Assembly: GCA_903926565.1 (NCBI GenBank)
Contig: CAIYJU010000135.1
Coordinates: 6,751 to 70,750 of the forward strand
DNA length: 64,000 nucleotides
Origin: an uncultured Bacteroidales bacterium
Lineage (GTDB): Bacteria > Bacteroidota > Bacteroidia > Bacteroidales > FEN-979
Direction of reading: 5' to 3'
The position numbers and the translations under genes were made by a program. This document shows, one piece after another, positions 62,201 to 64,000 of this stretch. The notes beneath the pieces are model-generated. The model was given only the letters and a program-made list of their open reading frames with translations, was not told the origin of the DNA and ran no database searches. The first letter of the stretch is position 1, and every line of letters starts with the position of its first letter.

Positions 62201-62375
62201 AAATACCCCGATAAAGGTGCAGATATATGGGATGCATGGAGAGAACATTTTAAATACTGAATTACCAGGAACGGGAAAATATTCGCTTTCCCTGGCAGAA
62301 CAACCTGCAGGAATCTATATTATCAGGGTAAGCGCCGGAGGTAAAACTGAAATGGCGAAAATTATCCGGTTGTAA
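56241..62375 (+). CDS. giant T9SS type-A CTD surface protein (beta-helix-like Thr/Gly/Asn-rich repeats plus six Ig-like tandem domains)
   Basis: 2044 aa. Signal peptide, recurring L.L.G.W.NNGTF motifs, six 106-aa repeats, and C-terminus LFTTYPNPTSGEFSLEI...GIYIIRV. Confidence 0.88.
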   Translation: MKNYISLTIITIFLVFFSITNASALTKVITQSGNWSAPSTWGGTSPPISTDDVIINGGFTVTIDVSNAACQSLQLGGSVLNTGTGTLAFTALSQLTVSGIVNIGPVNNNGTAGSLTMTAGGTLVCDGIILGRLGTWTPGTGTIAFTGTNSIPNNTNISFNNLSINSGTTTLTRNLTVTGNILVLSGGTLDGGANILSLEGNWTNNGTFTGSTSTVTFIRNGNQTITGTGLNNFNLIRLNMGTSINNTLEVLASNFSAPDPFLTIVNGTFKISGTFTFTNTFFTGPAYTIDPTAGFWLNNPNVTVNAQAGGISNKGLLRLSTGTYNIGTGVDNSFAYYTGSSIIIDGGILNIAGQLTRNNSTQTTSYTQSGGIVTVVGQGSTDPTFAGFDLGAVGSTFTMSGGTIVIRNATSAPSDFLNASSVANVTGGVLQIGDANTLNAQVIRIQSLRPIGNLFISNTTSQATKPTAQLVTSGLNVVGNVTIQSGTTFNGNGLNLSLGGDWSNNGTFVPGGNTITFNGSGSQALTTPGGETLNNLTINKVSSTLTLNNSLTVNNTFSLALGTISIGNNTLTLNGIVTGAGTLTSGGSGTVSYNQGSAGQNILASGYGNLIFSNFSKTLAASGIIGIMGTFTPGTASGHTLTGSTIDFNGGSQPVPAFAFNNLTLSGSGIKSGSGTVTVAGTLTNNVGIDFSGVSILNLNGAVNSNNGTISAATLNVGTGAVLTNNGTITSSLDLNGPGTLVQGVTGSLNIGGVAGITGLNATAAGNTVNYTGTSQTLVPAIYHHLSLSGSGIPILAGVNTINGNFSFTGSVAPSASGDLAIGGNFTIGSGTSFDAGSFSHTLKGNWVNNGTFIEGISTFTLNGSSLQTMNGSSFFNLSVANAAGVTILADETVNGTLTLSGGVFSLGPHTLFMNGALATGSGSLLGGSSSTILIGGSGATTTLPNITLNALTLNRASGISLSGDVSISSALTILNGTLVTGTNSILLGPAGTISEPAGQPVVGNMTTTRTINATTGTVTFGNIGADILLNGVAPGSTTVLRKTGVASLGGGHSSINRYYEITPATNTGLNAGFVFHYDVSEVNGQNPDIFELYRSNDNGLTWNNIGGIVNPALLTVSVAGVNDFSRWTASDTNNRIGNTISPSTSNISPAAVTVGNPAFTLIVNGTNFINGKSTVRLNGLNRTTTFVSSTQLTALIPTGDLLVSGAFPVTVFSSGGGGESNAQTLAVNPAQPVKVNVETAANGTGSIVASQSLVSGSSITVYAVARDASDNFVANISATAWTLENISGGVVGGDLVPAVDGKSAVFTGHIVGSTKIAATSGILVATPSGAITVTPGISAKISAETLANGTGVVVPSQTLASGSSMIVYAITRDASNNFIANVSPATWILENLSGGVVQGDMVIAPDGKSAAFTAHLVGSADIRVTSGVLAQTATGIITVTPGTPVKIRVETAANGSGTVVPAQILVSGSSITIYAITRDALNNFVANISPTSWILENISGGVVAGDLVVAPGGKSAVFTGHAIGTVDIKSTFGALVPTATGILTITAGSATKVRAETAANGSGTVVPAQSVASGSSISIFAITRDASNNFVANISPTSWILENISGGIVAGDVVVAPGGKSATFTGHVTGALDIKVTSGALVPTATGIITVTPGAAAKVRAETAANGSGTVVPAQSLASGSSISIFAITRDASNNFVANISPASWILENISGGVVAGDLVAAVNNKSAIFTGHLTGIADIKATFGVLPAFPSGFITVTPGAAATIAVETSANGTGTVVQAQLLSSGNTLSAYAITRDASGNYTANIAPTSWILENITGNIQAGDLVSAPDGKSAIFSAHASGSADIRATLGVLATTPSGTITVGIPAIQVTQNEFIGTGQSSCYNATQTINVAGGGTTFVVDNGGSVTMIAGQNIIYLPGTTVNAGGYMHGYITPNNQFCYPAPIPAIPVLTGEAETQLNSAQSLFTTYPNPTSGEFSLEIKGEIENTPIKVQIYGMHGENILNTELPGTGKYSLSLAEQPAGIYIIRVSAGGKTEMAKIIRL
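59931..61838 (+). repeat. six in-frame 318-bp tandem repeats (106-aa Ig-like modules)
   Basis: Repeat boundaries at 59931, 60249, 60567, 60885, 61203 and 61521, exactly 318 nt apart. Consensus K.R.ETAANGSGTVVPAQ..ASGSSI.I.AITRDASNNFVANISP.SWILENISGGVVAGDLV.APGGKSA.FTGH..G..DIK.T.G.L....TG.ITVTPG. Confidence 0.95.
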
Positions 62376-62468
62376 TTCCTGGCTTTCAAAGGTGTATCTC
62401 AATCATGCCTCTGACCGGCTGATTGGTGATCAGTTTATCAATGGATAAACATTAGTTTAGGGTTATTT

Positions 62469-62561
62469 TTCTCTGTGGTCCTCCGTGTCTCCTCCGTGGT
62501 TCTCCGTGTAATTCTTTTTATTACACAGAGTTAAAAGGAGGTGAAAAGGAGAACCACAGAG
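62469..62561. repeat. REP-like palindromic element (copy 2), abutting the 3' end of the GxxExxY gene
   Basis: tctctgtggtcctccgtgtctcctccgtggttctccgtgtaattctttttattacacagagttaaaaggaggtgaaaaggagaaccacagag. Confidence 0.85.
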
Positions 62562-62563
62562 CT

Positions 62564-62935
62564 TTACATTCGGTACCTTTTTAATCCATTTTTGAGCAAG
62601 GCTACATTAAAGTTTATTAACAGACCAATGCTTTTATGTGCAAATTTCATGTAGGTAAGTATTTGGGCTTCATGAACGGGAGAGATGAGTTCCACCGCTT
62701 TAAGTTCAATAATTACGGTATTTTCAACAAGGAGATCGATCCGGTAACCATAATCCAGATGAATATCCTTATAAATGACTGGTACAGGTCGCTGCCTGAC
62801 TACGTTTAGCCCGGTGTTTTGTAATTCATAAACCAGGCACTCTTCATAAGCCGATTCCAGCAAACCCGGTCCCAAATGCTTGTGCACTTCAATTGCGCAG
62901 CCGATAATTCTTTCTGTAATCCGATTAGTTTCCAT
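62564..62935 (-). CDS. GxxExxY family protein (PD-(D/E)xK-like small protein)
   Basis: 123 aa. IIGCAIEVHKHLGPGLLESAYEECL contains the GxxExxY signature. This is followed by RIDLLVENTVIIELKA. Confidence 0.85.
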   Translation of the reverse strand: METNRITERIIGCAIEVHKHLGPGLLESAYEECLVYELQNTGLNVVRQRPVPVIYKDIHLDYGYRIDLLVENTVIIELKAVELISPVHEAQILTYMKFAHKSIGLLINFNVALLKNGLKRYRM

Positions 62936-62947
62936 AACAATTAATTT

Positions 62948-63042
62948 TTCTCTGTGGTTCTCTGTGACTTCTCTGTGGTTCTCCGTGTAATTCTTTTTAT
63001 TACACAGAGGTAAAAGGAGAAGACACGGAGAACCACAGAGAG
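62948..63042. repeat. REP-like palindromic element (copy 3), abutting the 5' end of the GxxExxY gene
   Basis: ttctctgtggttctctgtgacttctctgtggttctccgtgtaattctttttattacacagaggtaaaaggagaagacacggagaaccacagagagg. Same orientation as copies 1 and 2. Confidence 0.85.
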
Positions 63043-63235
63043 GTTAGACGATATTTTGGCCGGATACAAAGCAAAATTGCTTAACCCTGCGAATTACTGC
63101 TTAATCAGAAAAAGAAGAAAAGGTGATCAGTTTACAGGAATATTATTCGAATATTTTTACCGGAAATCAGTAAATTTGTCAAAACCTCCTGTAAAGAGAA
63201 GATAAACCTTGCTCATAAGGAATTATGTACCTGGC

Positions 63236-64000
63236 ATGTTGAAACTAGAATCGTTCCTCGAAAGCTGGAACATCACAGCTCACACCAATCCAACTGACCC
63301 GCATATTGCATTTAAGATTGTTCAGGAATCCTCCAGGGTTTTTGATGAACAAGAGGCCGGTTTATACCCACGCGGATTCTGGTTTAACTTCCTGAACATC
63401 ACCAAAAAACCGGCATTCCTCCAGGCGCTGGAATCCGATGAGAACCGGCGGAGATGGACTGAAGTTGTCTTCCGTGTCATTCAGCACGCAAACTACGGCC
63501 TCCTCGAGATGATGGAGCAGCGCGTTGCCGAACATCCAAACCAGGTATTGTTTAAAGATATGACCACGGCCAATGCCGTTGACTGGAGTTATGAGCAGAT
63601 CTACCGGCACCTCCGTGAGATAGCAAGTCTTTTCTATAAAACCGCGGAAGCGGCACCCAGGGTCGCATTTTACACTGAGAACAGCCTTGAAGGCGCATGC
63701 ACCGACCTGGCCTGCCTGATGTTCAACATCTATGACACGCCACTGAGCCCTCATTTCCGGATCGATGTGCTGCTTCCCATTTTTGAGGAGCTGAAGATCA
63801 ACATTGCCCTTGCTGATACAGAGGAGCGGCTTCAGACGCTTCAGAAAATCCGTGAAAAAACGGAGATCAGATTCACGATATTTTCATTGCTGCCGGCGAC
63901 CCCTAAAACCCGTAACATCCCTTTCCTCGTTGAGGAGTGTAAAAAAATCTCCCGCTGGGATATGGATGCAATCCTTGGCAAATTGCCGATGATTCCGAAC
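63236..64000 (+). CDS. AMP-dependent synthetase/ligase-like protein, N-terminal part (runs off window)
   Basis: Not in the ORF track. The frame is open from the ATG at 63236 to the window end (255 codons): MLKLESFLES...VLFKDMTTANAVDWSYEQIYRHLREIASLF...PRVAFYTENSLEGACTDLACLMFNIYDTPLSP. This resembles the N-terminal region of long-chain acyl-CoA ligases. The AMP-binding signature itself would lie beyond the window. Confidence 0.5.
   Translation, partial: MLKLESFLESWNITAHTNPTDPHIAFKIVQESSRVFDEQEAGLYPRGFWFNFLNITKKPAFLQALESDENRRRWTEVVFRVIQHANYGLLEMMEQRVAEHPNQVLFKDMTTANAVDWSYEQIYRHLREIASLFYKTAEAAPRVAFYTENSLEGACTDLACLMFNIYDTPLSPHFRIDVLLPIFEELKINIALADTEERLQTLQKIREKTEIRFTIFSLLPATPKTRNIPFLVEECKKISRWDMDAILGKLPMIPN

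Noticed and set aside
63362-63754. 130-aa minus-strand ORF
   Set aside because: It is antisense to a longer open frame (63236 to the window end) whose translation resembles AMP-ligase N-termini.

Overview
The window looks like Bacteroidota chromosome. Evidence: T9SS type A and type B C-terminal sorting domains, a BACON-like domain, GH29/GH38 genes, TAnnTTTG-type -7 boxes, and almost no Shine-Dalgarno use. No rRNA, tRNA, CRISPR, transposase or integrase was seen. Layout: (1) carB'/carA, 1-1325. (2) A 20-gene, single-strand gas-vesicle (gvp) operon, 1401-14968. (3) Directly upstream of gvpA, a sigma54-dependent response regulator and a REC-PAS hybrid histidine kinase, 15255-20059. (4) A glycan/T9SS block, 20210-29162: GH38, GH29-PA14 and two T9SS type-B proteins. 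(5) Housekeeping genes, 29330-37061: glyA, sixA-like, ppk1, ftsB-like, priA, pfkA. (6) An AT-rich islet with an AAA-ATPase/RloB(Toprim-like) defence-type pair, about 38.2-40.8 kb. (7) A respiratory block, 45296-54532: NrfC-like FeS, NrfD-like, cytochrome c, DoxX, SCO1, caa3-type oxidase I/III/IV/II, ctaB. (8) Two T9SS type-A surface proteins, one of 2044 aa with six 318-bp tandem repeats. (9) A GxxExxY gene bracketed by palindromic REP-like elements. (10) The 5' part of an AMP-ligase-like gene. The best candidate for an undescribed system is the gvp operon. Besides the recognisable core (gvpA, J, a third GvpA-family gene, N, G, K, O-like, five GvpF/L paralogs), it carries a proteostasis/targeting toolkit that I do not know from canonical gvp sets. 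That toolkit is an Hsp20, a Get3/ArsA-like ATPase with the Get3-type CxxC, a Cdc48/VAT-like double AAA+ unfoldase, a GvpF/L::J-domain fusion and a stand-alone six-fold CxxCxGxG DnaJ-type zinc-finger protein. It also has two paralogous repeat/coiled-coil proteins where GvpC would normally sit. Several short-repeat families are also present: TCGT[A/C]AAT boxes before start codons, perfect 8-bp-stem TGAA-loop hairpins, 15-bp and 18-bp tandem arrays, and decamer-palindrome REP-like elements. All calls come from reading the sequence and the ORF translations; no database search was run.
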